Assembly: GCA_963737655.1 (NCBI GenBank) | Contig: CAVTTN010000002.1 | Span: forward strand, 5,024,001 to 5,088,000 | Reading direction: 5' to 3' | Length of the DNA stretch: 64,000 nt | Origin: an uncultured Planctomycetota bacterium | GTDB lineage: Bacteria > Planctomycetota > Planctomycetia > Isosphaerales > Isosphaeraceae | Part shown: piece after piece, positions 11,859-24,895 of the stretch | Numbering within the stretch: position 1 is the stretch's first letter | Layout of the letters: every line of letters begins with the position of its first letter | The notes under the pieces: generated by a model | The model's database searches: none | Told to the model about the DNA's origin: nothing | Seen by the model: only the letters and a program-made list of their open reading frames with translations | Program-made: the position numbers and the translations under genes

Positions 11859-13172
11859 TTAGAGAAGCATGGACGCCGGCTCTTCGAGCAGGCCCTTCAG
11901 GGTGCGGAGGAACTCGGCGGCCATCGCGCCGTCGACGGCCCGGTGGTCGGCCGTCAGGGTGACGGTCATCACGGTCCCGACCACGAGCGCATCCCCTTCG
12001 ACCACGGGCCTCTTCTCGGCGGCGCCGACGGCGAGGATGCCGACCTCGGGCTGGTTCAGGATCGCGTCGAACTCGCGGACGCCGTACATCCCCAGGTTCG
12101 AGATCGTGAACGTCCCGCCCATCATCTGCGCGGGCGTGAGCTTGTTCGCCCGGGCGGCCGAGACGATGGCCTCGGTGCCGGTGCGGATGTCGCGGAGGCC
12201 CAGGGCGTCGGCGTTTTTGAGCACAGGGACGATCAGGCCGCCGTCCAGGGCCACGGCGATCCCGACGTTGACCTCGCCGTGCTCGACGATCGCGTCGCTC
12301 TCGTAGCTGGCGTTCACCCCGGGATGCTTGCGGAGGGCCAGCGCCACGGCCTTCGTCACGAAGTCGCCCATCGAGAGCTTGATCTTCTCGGGGGCGAGTT
12401 GCTTGTTCAGGGCCTCGCGGATCGCCGACGCCTGATCGACGCGGATATCCACCGTGACGTGGATCTCGGGCGCGGCCTGCTTGGACTTGACCATCCGGTC
12501 GGCGATCGTCTTGCGCATCCGGGAGTGCGGAATCCGTCGCGATTCGCGGGTCGCGGCCAGAGGGGCGGCGGTCGCTGGCGAGGAGGACGGCGAGGCCGAG
12601 GGCTTCGCGGCGGGGGCGCTCTTGAGGAACGCCTCGACGTCGGCGCGGATGATCCGGCCGCTGGGGCCCGAGCCGGGGACCTCGGCCAGCTCGATCCCGG
12701 CCTCCTTGGCGACCTTCCGGGCCAGGGGGGTGGACTTCACCCGGCCTCCGGGGGCCACCGTCGCCGCGGCCGGGGTCGCCGAGTGGCCGCCGTGCCCATT
12801 GGCGCCGGAGTGGCCGTCGCCGGCCGGGGGGCGGTTGGGCGCGTTGGTCTGCTCCTGCGAGTCGAAGTCCTGCCGGACCGCGACCGAAGGCGTGCCGCCG
12901 CCGGAGGCTTTGGCCAGCTTCGACGGGTCTTCCCCCTTCTTCGCCAGGACCAGGACGGTCTGGCCGAGGGCGACCTCCTCGCCTTCCTTCACGTCGAGGC
13001 TGGCGACGGTCCCCTCGTCGAAGGACTCCATGTTCATCGTCGCCTTGTCGGTCTCGACCTCGGCGAGGACCTGCCCTTCCTTGATCTTGTCGCCGACCTT
13101 CACCATCCACTTGACCACCCGGCCCGTCTCCATCGTGGGGCTGAGCTTGGCCAACTTCACTTCGATCGGCAC
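11859..13172 (-). CDS. pdhC: Pyruvate dehydrogenase E2, dihydrolipoamide acetyltransferase
   Basis: LSPTMETG..ETDKATM lipoyl domain, GSGPSGRIIRADV, GTFTISNLGMYG, DHRAVDG; GTG start chosen at 13172 (13187 also possible). Confidence 0.93.
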   Translation of the reverse strand: MPIEVKLAKLSPTMETGRVVKWMVKVGDKIKEGQVLAEVETDKATMNMESFDEGTVASLDVKEGEEVALGQTVLVLAKKGEDPSKLAKASGGGTPSVAVRQDFDSQEQTNAPNRPPAGDGHSGANGHGGHSATPAAATVAPGGRVKSTPLARKVAKEAGIELAEVPGSGPSGRIIRADVEAFLKSAPAAKPSASPSSSPATAAPLAATRESRRIPHSRMRKTIADRMVKSKQAAPEIHVTVDIRVDQASAIREALNKQLAPEKIKLSMGDFVTKAVALALRKHPGVNASYESDAIVEHGEVNVGIAVALDGGLIVPVLKNADALGLRDIRTGTEAIVSAARANKLTPAQMMGGTFTISNLGMYGVREFDAILNQPEVGILAVGAAEKRPVVEGDALVVGTVMTVTLTADHRAVDGAMAAEFLRTLKGLLEEPASMLL

Positions 13173-13187
13173 GAGGGGAGCCTCCAC

Positions 13188-13290
13188 GTAGGGTGCATGA
13201 AATGCACCGATCTGGCCAACATCGGGGCGGGCGAGGCCCGCATTCCGATCGAAGAATCAAATCCAAGATGGTGCATTTCATGCACCTTAC
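13188..13290. repeat. REP doublet (REPIN-like), GTAG family B
   Basis: GTAGGGTGCATGAAATGCACC ... GGTGCATTTCATGCACCTTAC in inverted orientation between pdhB and pdhC. Confidence 0.9.
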
Positions 13291-14267
13291 TTGTACAAAA
13301 CGTCCTTCACCGCCGCCGCGACCCGATCGACGCTCGGCAGGACGCTGGCCTCCAGCGCTCGATTATAGGGGATCGGCACGTCCTTGGACGCGACCCGGCG
13401 GATCGGGGCGTCGAGCTCGTCGAACGCGGCGTTGTAGATCCGGTCGGAGACGCCCGCGCCGATCCCGCAATACGGCCAGTCTTCCTCGACGATCACCGCC
13501 CGGTGGGTCTTCACGATCGACTTGAGGATCGTTTCGAGGTCCAGGGGGCGGAGGGTCCTCAGGTCGATGACCTCGGCGCTGATGCCCTCCTCGGCGAGCT
13601 TGTCGGCGGCCTTGAGGCTGGTCAGCAGCGACCGGGAATAGGTCAGGATGGTGACGTCGGAGCCTTCTCGCTTGACGTCGGCCTTGCCGATCGGGACGAG
13701 GAACTCGGGGTCGTCGGGCACCTCCCCCTTCTCGGCCAGGAGGTTCTCGTGTTCGAGGAACACGACCGGGTCATCCGAGCGGATGGCGGCCTTGAGCATC
13801 CCCTTGGCGTCGGCGGCCGTCGCGGGCATCATCACGGTGAGGCCCGGGATGTGGCTGTACAGGGCCTCGGGCCGGTGCGAGTGGGTGGCGCCGAGGCAGC
13901 CGGCGATCCCGGAGTTGCCCCGGAAGACGATCGGCACGGCGAACTGGCCGCCGCTCATGTAGCGCATGTTGGCGGCGTTGTTGACGAGCTGGTCGAAGGC
14001 CACGTAGCTGAAGCTGAAGGTCATGAACTCGACGATCGGGCGGAGCCCGACCATCGCGGCGCCGATGCCGATGCCGGCGAACCCGTTCTCGGAGATGGGG
14101 GTGTCGATGATCCGGCGGGGTCCGAAGCGGTCGAGCATGCCCTGGGAGACCTTGTAGGCGCCGTTGTATTCGGCGACCTCCTCGCCCATGAGGAACACGC
14201 GGTCGTCCCGCTCCATCTCCTCGGTCATCGCGGCCCGGAGCGCCTCGCGATAGGTCAGTTCGGCCAT
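13287..14267 (-). CDS. pdhB: Pyruvate dehydrogenase E1 beta subunit
   Basis: MGEEVAEYNGAYKVSQG, DTPISENGFAG, LRPIVEFMTF, EVIDLRTLRPLD. Confidence 0.97.
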   Translation of the reverse strand: MAELTYREALRAAMTEEMERDDRVFLMGEEVAEYNGAYKVSQGMLDRFGPRRIIDTPISENGFAGIGIGAAMVGLRPIVEFMTFSFSYVAFDQLVNNAANMRYMSGGQFAVPIVFRGNSGIAGCLGATHSHRPEALYSHIPGLTVMMPATAADAKGMLKAAIRSDDPVVFLEHENLLAEKGEVPDDPEFLVPIGKADVKREGSDVTILTYSRSLLTSLKAADKLAEEGISAEVIDLRTLRPLDLETILKSIVKTHRAVIVEEDWPYCGIGAGVSDRIYNAAFDELDAPIRRVASKDVPIPYNRALEASVLPSVDRVAAAVKDVLYK

Positions 14268-14277
14268 GATCTCGGGA

Positions 14278-15287
14278 TCACTCCTGGGGGATGTACGGGG
14301 CCACGCTGATGTCTTCGTACTCGGCGCCGAGGGTCGGCTCGGGGGCGTTCTCGGCGAACTCGATGGCCTCGTCGATCTCGGCCTTGATCTTCTCGTGCAT
14401 CTCCTCGAGGCCCGATTCGTCGATCCAGCCGCGCTCCTTGAGCGTGGATTCGTAGAGGACGATGGGGTCGCGCTCCTTGGCCTTCTCGGCCTCTTCCTTG
14501 GAGCGGTACTTCATCGGGTCGCTCATGGAGTGGCCGCGGAACCGGTAGGTCTTGGCCTCGATGAACGTGGGGCCCTCGCCGGCCCGGCGCGGCTGGCGGC
14601 GTCGAGCGTGGTCTTGGCGACGAGCTCGATGTCGTTGGCGTCGATCGACAGGCCGGGCATCCCGTAGGCCGTCCCGCCCCGGATGGTCAGGTCGGTCAGG
14701 CAGGAGTGGCGGTGGAGGTGGGTGCCCATGGACATCCCGTTATTCTCCACCACGTAGATCACCGGCAGCTTCCAGAGGCTGGCCATGTTGAAGGCCTCGT
14801 GCAACGCGCCCTGGTCCATGGCGCCGTCGCCGAAGTAGCAGATCGTGACCTTGCCGTCGCCGCGATACTGGCTGGCGAAGGCCACGCCGGCGGCCAGGGG
14901 GAGGTGGCTGCCGACGATGGCATGGCCGCCCAGGAACCCCTTGTCCACGTCGAAGAAGTGCATCGACCCGCCCTTGCCCTTGGAGCAGCCGGGGGCCTTG
15001 CCCAGCTGCTCGCTCATGGCGAGCTTCGGGTCCATCCCCCGGGCCAGGGCGTGGCCGTGGTCCCGGTAGGCGGTGATCACGTAATCATCTTCATGAAGGG
15101 CGCCGATCGAGCCGACGGCGACCGCTTCCTGGCCGCTGTAGAGGTGGCAGAACCCGCCGATCTTCTGGTTCTGGTAGAGCATGGCCGAGCGCTCTTCGAA
15201 GCGGCGGATCAACAGCATCTGCCGGAGCCAGCCCAGCGCCTGGTTGCGGGATACGATCGGCTTGGCCTCGGTTTGCGCTTGAGCCAT
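14278..15287 (-). CDS. pdhA: Pyruvate dehydrogenase E1 alpha subunit (frameshift near 14586)
   Basis: IGGFCHLYSGQEA, YRDHGH, GKGGSMH, FGDGA...ENN TPP motif; C-terminus (TYRFRGHSMSDP..YRSKEE) in a second frame. Confidence 0.95.
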
Positions 15288-15529
15288 CGAGTCCGTCTCC
15301 TGAAGGATGGCGGGGGCGGACGGCCGTCGGGGCTCGGCGGCCGTCGCGGGGGGCTGTCTCGGCGAGGGCGGAGGGTCGGCTCGGTCGGTCGGGGGCCCGA
15401 CCCGGGGCGGCACCGGCTCGCGAGGGGGAGGGCCTCCGAGGTCCGGCTTGCCCAGGAACCGCATTATCTTACCCAAAAGCCGTGACAAGAGGAATGGGGG
15501 CTCGGCGGGGTGCGGTCCATCGGGTCGGA

Positions 15530-15844
15530 TCATGAGACGGGCGTGATTTTGTAGGCCACGACCGCATCGTCCTCGTCGTTGGAGTTCCAGAACAGGAGAT
15601 ACCGCTTCTTCCGGTCGCCGGGGAACTCGAACTCGAGGTCGAGGGTGCGCTTCTTCTCGAACCAGTCGATTTTGACGTCTTCCCCGGTGTCGCTCTCCTC
15701 GAACTCCTCCAACTGCTCGGAATCGACGACTGCAATGTCGATCCTCTGATTGGAGGCGACCTCGATGAACACCTTGCGGTACTTCGGGTCCAGGACCACC
15801 TGATACGAGTCGAGGTATTCGAGGTCTTCGGCGAGTTGGATCAT
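15530..15844 (-). CDS. Hypothetical small acidic protein, probable beta-sandwich
   Basis: ATGA overlap with the upstream ORF; alternating hydrophobic strands (KVFIEV, IDIAVVD, RYLLFWN, VAYKI). Confidence 0.7.
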   Translation of the reverse strand: MIQLAEDLEYLDSYQVVLDPKYRKVFIEVASNQRIDIAVVDSEQLEEFEESDTGEDVKIDWFEKKRTLDLEFEFPGDRKKRYLLFWNSNDEDDAVVAYKITPVS

Positions 15845-16454
15845 GGGGACGAACTCCCAGACGCTTCCGGCCCCGGTCCGGCCGGTGGCGGCTCCGGAGC
15901 GGAGCCACTGGTGTTGGTCACTCTCGTTTTCTTCTTCTTCGGCCCTTCCCTGGTCTTCTTCTTACCTGCGGTCTTCTTGGCGGCGGAGACGGCCGCCGCC
16001 GTCTCGCCTGCGATCCCTTCCGTGAGGTGCGTCTCGCGCAGCTCGTCCCTCAAGGGGAATTCCGGGGTCGCGGCGAGGATCTGGTCGTATTTCTCGGCCG
16101 CATCGCGGGGGGTGTCCAAACCTTGCCTCAATCGATGCGCGAGCGACCGGAGCCGGGCCGCCTTGTCGCGATGCCAACGCCCCCTCTGGGACAGCCTCAG
16201 GCGGCTGACCACGACGATCGCCGCCCCGGGGATCACCGACGAGAGGATGGCCACCGCGTCTTTCCTCAGCAGGTCAAACGCCAGTAAGATGCTCACGAGG
16301 AACCCCGTGAGGATGGCCACGAGCGTGAGGAAGTCCGAGGCCGAGTCGTAGAGCCAGCACCAGATGCCTTGCCACCGGGCGTGCCGATCCAGTCGCTCCT
16401 GCAGATCACTCATCCGGGAAGGATCGCTCCCGATCGGATTTGTGATGCCCTGGC

Positions 16455-16458
<4 letters not shown>
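15841..16458 (-). CDS. Hypothetical 2-TM protein, SLATT/DUF4231-like topology
   Basis: ATGA overlap with the acnA stop; helix, TM, TM, then [19 protein letters not shown] helix and a Lys-rich tail. Confidence 0.6.
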
Positions 16459-19293
<2,835 letters not shown>

Positions 19294-19392
19294 GGAATCG
19301 GGCCCAGATAAGGGGACGGAGACGGAGCCAGGGAAGGCCCCAATATAACGGCGAGGCGGGGCCGAGGGTAGGTCGGCCCGCCTCGGCCATTC

Positions 19393-19786
19393 GAGTGCAT
19401 GAAATGCACTCATGTCGGGCGCATGAAATGCACCATCTCCTCTTGTTTTCCCCTTCTCTTCTTCTCCCGCCAGGCTGGTGGGAAGGACGGAAGGGGAAAG
19501 GGAGCGAAGATGGTGCATTTCATGCACCCTACGTCCATGAAATCCACTTGCGTAGGGTGCATGAAATGCACCATCTGCGCTCCTCTTCTTCTCCCGCCAG
19601 GCTGGCGGGAAGGACGGAAGGGGAAAGGGAGCGAAGATGGTGCATTTCATGCACCCTACGTCCATGAAATCCACTTGCGTAGGGTGCATGAAATGCACCA
19701 TCTGCGCTCCTCTTCTTCTCCCGCCAGGCTGGCGGGAAGGACGGAAGGGGAAAGGGAGCGAAGATGGTGCATTTCATGCACCCTAC
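19393..19786. repeat. Tandem array of three REP doublets (family B), 127-bp period, plus a lone half-site
   Basis: Units at 19414-19532 (degenerate), 19552-19659 and 19679-19786, each GTAGGGTGCATGAAATGCACCATCT-spacer-AGATGGTGCATTTCATGCACCCTAC; linker GTCCATGAAATCCACTTGC; extra GAGTGCATGAAATGCACTC at 19393. Confidence 0.93.
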
Positions 19787-20409
19787 TTGGTTCGGATGAT
19801 ATAAACGCGGGTCGCCGGAACCGTCGAATAGGCGCCGAGAGACCCCGGCCTCGCGCCGAGCGACAGGTTCTGATTGGCGATCGCCGACTGGATCGCGATC
19901 GGGGTGATCCCCGAGGCGAGGGTCATCGGGTTCAGGCCGTAGTTGAGATATCCCGTGCTATATCCGCCGGCGAACCCCGAGACGCCCAGCCCATACCCGC
20001 CGCCGAAGCCCAGCCCGCCATAGCCGCCGAACCCGGGATAACCGCCGTAGCCGAAGCCTCCGTAGCCGATCCCGGGATAGCCGTAGCCGCCATAACCCAG
20101 GCCGTAGCCGCCGTAACCGCCATAACCCAGGCCGTAGCCGCCGTAACCTCCGTAGCCCAGGCCATAGCCGTAGTAGCCCATCCCGCCATAGCCGCCGTAG
20201 CCCAGGCCATAGCCGCCGAGGCCCGGATAGCCGAAGCCTCCGTAGCCCATCCCGCCATAGCCCATCCCGCCGTAGCCCATCCCGCCGTAGCCCATCCGGC
20301 CGTAGCCCATCCCTCCGTAGCCGCCGTGCATCTGGGCGCGGGCGGTCCCGACGGTCAGGGCGAGGGAGATCAGGGTCAGGGCCGCGATGGAAATCCCGAT
20401 GCGCTTCAT
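19783..20409 (-). CDS. Secreted Gly/Tyr-rich low-complexity protein
   Basis: Sec signal MKRIGISIAALTLISLALTVGTARA|Q, then GYGGM and GYGGYGGYGL repeats. Confidence 0.8.
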   Translation of the reverse strand: MKRIGISIAALTLISLALTVGTARAQMHGGYGGMGYGRMGYGGMGYGGMGYGGMGYGGFGYPGLGGYGLGYGGYGGMGYYGYGLGYGGYGGYGLGYGGYGGYGLGYGGYGYPGIGYGGFGYGGYPGFGGYGGLGFGGGYGLGVSGFAGGYSTGYLNYGLNPMTLASGITPIAIQSAIANQNLSLGARPGSLGAYSTVPATRVYIIRTK

Positions 20410-20566
20410 GGTCGGCCTCCCGGCGAGGGCCCCAGGAAGAGCAAAGCAACAAGGGCCGGGCCGACGTGCCCCCGCAGGCGCCGGGCTCGGATCACCCTCA
20501 TTGTAGGAGCGGAGCCCGGAGGAAATCCATCGCGCGAGGCTGGCCATCGCCTCGGCCGTCCCCGAC

Positions 20567-21070
20567 TCAGGAAAGCCACCACAACACGCCCATGACCATC
20601 AGAGGAAGCACGAAAATCGCGGCCACCATCACCCCGGACCCCGACCGTTGCGGGGGTTCGGGCCCGATCGGGGCGGGCTGGACCCGGTTGGTCAGCTCCT
20701 GGACCTGGCCCAGAGTCTCCAGCCAGCTCGCCACCACCCGGCTCGTCACGGGGGTCGGATCGGAGGCCGAGTCGAACGGGACGAGGTGGATCGTCCGGAG
20801 TTCGAAGTCGTCGTCGGTCGAATACGTCACGGTCAAACGACTCAGCCCAAACGGCTTGGAAAGCGCCGAGAACCGGCTGAGGCCCACGCCCTTGATCGCC
20901 GGGAACGGGATCTCGACCGCCCCGGGGCAATCCTCCAGGCAGAGCGAGCGGCCCGTCAGCCGCAGGCCCCCTTCGCCCTGATAAAGGCAGATGTACTTAC
21001 CCCAGAACGAGTTGGCATATTCGGCCGAGGCGTACAAGCACTTGCGTTGATAGCGGATCTCGTCGTTCAT
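20567..21070 (-). CDS. Hypothetical protein with C-terminal TM anchor
   Basis: Globular beta-rich N-terminal part, C-terminal VMVAAIFVLPLMVMGVLWWLS. Confidence 0.6.
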   Translation of the reverse strand: MNDEIRYQRKCLYASAEYANSFWGKYICLYQGEGGLRLTGRSLCLEDCPGAVEIPFPAIKGVGLSRFSALSKPFGLSRLTVTYSTDDDFELRTIHLVPFDSASDPTPVTSRVVASWLETLGQVQELTNRVQPAPIGPEPPQRSGSGVMVAAIFVLPLMVMGVLWWLS

Positions 21071-21154
21071 GAACGCTCCGGGAAGGGTCGCCGATCGCGA
21101 GCCAAAAGGGCTTCGCGTCCCGAGGACGAATCTTCTCCTCGAAGACTCCCGGCG

Positions 21155-22837
21155 TCATCGGTCGGCCCGCGGTCTCCTTCGCCAGAACCCCAGGGGGACC
21201 AATCCGATCGTCACGGCGGCGCAGGTCATCGGCAACGCGTCTCCCACTCGAAGATAAAGACTCGAACGATCGTCGAGCGGGACTCGGCCGCCGAGGACCC
21301 CCGAATGGGCCGGTTCGAGCGAGTCCACGATCCGGCCGTCGCCGTCGATGATGGCGGACATCCCCGTGTTCACCGACCGGGCCAGGGGCGCCCGGCATTC
21401 GACGGCCCGGAACACGCTGGCCGCCAGGTGGGTCCGGTGCTCGGCCGAGCCCCGGAACCAGCCGTCGTTGGTCAGGTTCACCAGGACGTCCGGCGGCCGT
21501 TGCCCCGGGATCGTGAACGCCCGGCGGACCAGGTCCGGCACCGTATCCTCAAAACAAATGATCGGGGCGAACCGCGTCCCGTCCACCTCGAAAATCGCCG
21601 GGGCCGCCCCGGAGGAGAGCCCGGGGACGTTCCCGTCCTCGAACGGCATGATCACCAGGAGCCAGGGCATGGCCTTCAGGAACGGGATGTACTCGCCGAA
21701 CGCCACCAACGATTGTTTGTGATAGCTCGCCGTCTCCCTTCGGCCCGGCTGGACGAGCAGGGCCGTGTTGTAGCGGTCCAGCTTCTTGAGGCCGAACTCA
21801 TACGTGACGGTCCCCACCAGGAACGGGACGTTCGCCAGTTCGGTCAGGCGATGGATCTCGGCGTCGGCGATCTTCTGGCGGACCCGCCATTCCCCCGGCT
21901 CCATGTCGCGGGCGAGGCCGCGGACCTGCCGGGCGAACTCGGTCCCTTCGAGGCCCGGCGCGATGTTCACAACCCCTTGCGGATACGACGATTCGGGCCA
22001 GACGACCAGGTCCGGGCGTTCCGGGTCTTCCAGGGCCCGCCGGGTCAGGCGAGCCACGGAGTCCATCACGTCCTGGAGCGACGGAGGGTTGTTCACCTCC
22101 TGGGCGAAATCGGTCTGGAGCAACGCAAGTCTCGGCCCCGGGCGGAATTTCGCCGTCGAGAGCCGGATTCCTCCATAAACCAGGACGCCCGCGAACGCGC
22201 CGCCGACCACCACCAGCCGCAAGAGCTGGCCCGGGAGCAGCTTGGGGCCGCGATCGGTCGGTCTCATCAGGGGCAGCGTGACGAGGTCCACCCAGAGGAC
22301 GTTCGCCGCCGCCATCAAGAGGCTGAGGCCCCAGGCGCCGGCCAGGTCGCTGGCCTGGATGATCGGCAGATATCGATATTGCGAATGGGCGAGGTAGTAC
22401 CAGGGCAACCCCGACAGGACGAACATTCGACCGTACTCGATGGCCAGCCAGACGATGGGCGCCGCGACGATCGCCGGGAGCTTCAGCCGGCCGACCGCGA
22501 TCCGGGCGATCCCCAGGAACATCGGCCAGCCCAGGGACAGGACGAAGACCATGCAACTCCACCCCAGAACGCTGGCCTGAGCCACCCAGAAAATCGCCAA
22601 CCCCCAGAAGGCCAGGCCGCCGAGCCAGGCCGCCCCGTACAGGAGGCGAGGCCGTCGCTCGCTTCGGATCAGCGCAAAGAACGGGGCCAGGGCGAACCAG
22701 GCCAGGAAGCCGTAATCGGCCGGCGGGAAGGCGAACCAGAACAGGACGGCCGACGCCACGGCCGGCACGACCGGGTTCGTGCCGGGGCGAGTCGAGGGCG
22801 GACTGGAGGCGTCCGGGGTCGGGGTCATCGGCTCCAT
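21155..22837 (-). CDS. lnt: Apolipoprotein N-acyltransferase
   Basis: N-terminal TMs, GLPWYYLAHSQY, VVWPES, YHKQSLVAFGEYIP, ICFED, NLTNDGWF, RSVNTGMS. Confidence 0.95.
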   Translation of the reverse strand: MEPMTPTPDASSPPSTRPGTNPVVPAVASAVLFWFAFPPADYGFLAWFALAPFFALIRSERRPRLLYGAAWLGGLAFWGLAIFWVAQASVLGWSCMVFVLSLGWPMFLGIARIAVGRLKLPAIVAAPIVWLAIEYGRMFVLSGLPWYYLAHSQYRYLPIIQASDLAGAWGLSLLMAAANVLWVDLVTLPLMRPTDRGPKLLPGQLLRLVVVGGAFAGVLVYGGIRLSTAKFRPGPRLALLQTDFAQEVNNPPSLQDVMDSVARLTRRALEDPERPDLVVWPESSYPQGVVNIAPGLEGTEFARQVRGLARDMEPGEWRVRQKIADAEIHRLTELANVPFLVGTVTYEFGLKKLDRYNTALLVQPGRRETASYHKQSLVAFGEYIPFLKAMPWLLVIMPFEDGNVPGLSSGAAPAIFEVDGTRFAPIICFEDTVPDLVRRAFTIPGQRPPDVLVNLTNDGWFRGSAEHRTHLAASVFRAVECRAPLARSVNTGMSAIIDGDGRIVDSLEPAHSGVLGGRVPLDDRSSLYLRVGDALPMTCAAVTIGLVPLGFWRRRPRADR

Positions 22838-22849
22838 CCTCTGGTCCCT

Positions 22850-24079
22850 TCAGGAGATCGGCATCGGCAGGAAGGGGACGCGCTCCCCGGGGTCGTGGTC
22901 GTGGTCGCCGGCCGGGAAGCCGAGGAAGCCGTCGGCCCGCGACACCGAGAGCAGGTCCGACGACCCGCTCCATGGCAACGGCTCGAACCAGTCCGTCCCG
23001 TCGTCCCGGTCGGCCCGACGCGCCGGATGGAACGTCGGCCGGTCCCCTCGGTGGCGAAACGGGGCCGCGAGCCGGACGACCGGGAAGGATGGGGTGCCGG
23101 GGATGGCCTTGCCGGCGAGCTTCGCCAGGGCCGGCGCGACGAACAGGAGGAACCCGACAATCCCGCTGACCGGGTTCCCGGGCAACCCGAAGACCAGGGT
23201 AGGCGGGGCGTCCTCGCGGGCCGTCGCCACTCCGAAGAGCAAGGGCTTTCCGGGTTTGAGGCGAACCTTGTGGAACACCCGCTCGACGCCCAATCGCTCC
23301 AGGGCCTCCGGGACGAGGTCGTGACTGCCGGCCGAGACCCCCCCGCAGACGATCAGGACGTCCGAGCCGGCAAGGGCCGAGGAGAGGCGGTCGATCAGGG
23401 TATCCAGGTGGTCCGGGGCGGCGGGGAAGACTCGGGGTTCGGCGCCGACGGAACGCGTGAGGGCGGCGAGGATGGTTCCGTTCGATTCGCGGATCTGCCC
23501 CGGGCCCGGCATCTCCCCCATTTTGGCGAGCTCGTCGCCGGTCGGGACGATCGCGACCCGCGGCGAGGGGATCGCCAGGACCTCGGTCCGGCCGACGCTC
23601 GCCAGGACGCCGAGCCGGGCCGGTCCGAGCCGATCTCTGGGTTCCGCAATGACTTGCGACGCTTCCATCTCGCGGCCCCGGCGCATCCGGCCCTCGCCGG
23701 GGCGGACCGGGCCGGGGACCAGGACGATCGGGCCGTCGAAGGCGACCTTCTCCACCATCACCACCGAGTCGGCCCCGGTCGGCAGGGGGGCGCCGGTCAT
23801 GATCGCGGCGGCGTCTCCGGGTTCGAGAGGGCGGGAGGGGGTCCGGCCGGCGGTGATCTCCTCGACGATCCGCAACCGCCACGGGCCGGGACCGGGGCAG
23901 TCGGCGGCCCGGACCGCGAAGCCATCGACGATCGCCTTGTCGAACGGTGGGGAATCCCGGTCCGAGGCCACCGATTCGGCCAGGACGCGCCCGAGCGCCT
24001 CGGCGAGCGGAACTCGCTGTGGAGGCAGGGGATAGGCCCGGCCGACCACGTCGCGATACGCCTCCTCGACGCTCCGCAT
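22850..24079 (-). CDS. moeA: Molybdopterin molybdotransferase
   Basis: PPFDKAIVDGFA, IMTGAPLP, TGDEL, GGVSAG, KPGKP, GLPGNPVS. Confidence 0.95.
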   Translation of the reverse strand: MRSVEEAYRDVVGRAYPLPPQRVPLAEALGRVLAESVASDRDSPPFDKAIVDGFAVRAADCPGPGPWRLRIVEEITAGRTPSRPLEPGDAAAIMTGAPLPTGADSVVMVEKVAFDGPIVLVPGPVRPGEGRMRRGREMEASQVIAEPRDRLGPARLGVLASVGRTEVLAIPSPRVAIVPTGDELAKMGEMPGPGQIRESNGTILAALTRSVGAEPRVFPAAPDHLDTLIDRLSSALAGSDVLIVCGGVSAGSHDLVPEALERLGVERVFHKVRLKPGKPLLFGVATAREDAPPTLVFGLPGNPVSGIVGFLLFVAPALAKLAGKAIPGTPSFPVVRLAAPFRHRGDRPTFHPARRADRDDGTDWFEPLPWSGSSDLLSVSRADGFLGFPAGDHDHDPGERVPFLPMPIS

Positions 24080-24100
24080 CCCCGCCTCCTCCGTCCCGGG

Positions 24101-24670
24101 TCATCGCCCGATGAAGTTCCTGAGAAGGTCGATCCCGCGTTCGGTCAGGAAGCTCTCGGGGTGATACTGAACGCCTTCAAGCGGAAACGATCGATGCCGA
24201 ACGCCCATGATTTCTCCCCGATCGGTCTGGGCGACGACCTCGAAGGCGTCGGGGAGGGTCCCGGGACGGATCACCAGGCTGTGATATCTCGTGGCCTCGA
24301 ACGGGTTGGGCATCCCCCGGTAGATGCCCAGGCCGTCGTGGTGGATCTGCGAGGTTTTCCCGTGCATGATCCGGTCGGCCCGGACGATCTCGGCCCCGAA
24401 GGTGTGGCCGATGCACTGATGGCCGAGGCAGACGCCCAGGATCGGCACGGTCGGGGCGAACCGCTCGACCACGGCGTTGGAGATGCCGGCCTCGCGGGGG
24501 GTACACGGGCCGGGGGAGATGATGATGTGCGACGGGGCAAGCTGGGCAATTTCGTCGGGCGAGATCCGGTCGTTCCGGGCGACGAGGAGGTCGAGCCCGG
24601 GGTCGATCTCGCCGAGCCTCTGCACGAGGTTGTAGGTAAACGAGTCGTAATTATCGATCAGGACGATCAT
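24101..24670 (-). CDS. trpG: Anthranilate/aminodeoxychorismate synthase component II (glutamine amidotransferase, TrpG/PabA)
   Basis: IDNYDSFTYNL, SPGPCTP, GVCLGHQ, RYHSL, QYHPES; trpG cannot be separated from pabA by eye. Confidence 0.9.
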   Translation of the reverse strand: MIVLIDNYDSFTYNLVQRLGEIDPGLDLLVARNDRISPDEIAQLAPSHIIISPGPCTPREAGISNAVVERFAPTVPILGVCLGHQCIGHTFGAEIVRADRIMHGKTSQIHHDGLGIYRGMPNPFEATRYHSLVIRPGTLPDAFEVVAQTDRGEIMGVRHRSFPLEGVQYHPESFLTERGIDLLRNFIGR

Positions 24671-24895
24671 GCCGGCCCCTCGGGATCGGCCCCGGGCGGG
24701 GTTTCGCCGCCGGAGGGCCCTCGGAATCGGATCGTAACGTCTTTTCCGCGAGACCGGAAGGGAAACGAGGGCGAGAGGGCCGGCTCGGGCGAGGAAGCGC
24801 GGGTAGACTGGGCGGTGATGCCCGGGATGGCAGGGCGCGACGCCCCTTCGGCCGGCTTCGGGCGCATTCTCGTCACGGAGGGGGAGGAGGAGCTC

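Noticed and set aside
19393..19786. CRISPR array
   Set aside because: Repeats alternate in orientation, the intervening sequences are repeated rather than unique, and there are no cas genes; this is a REP-doublet array
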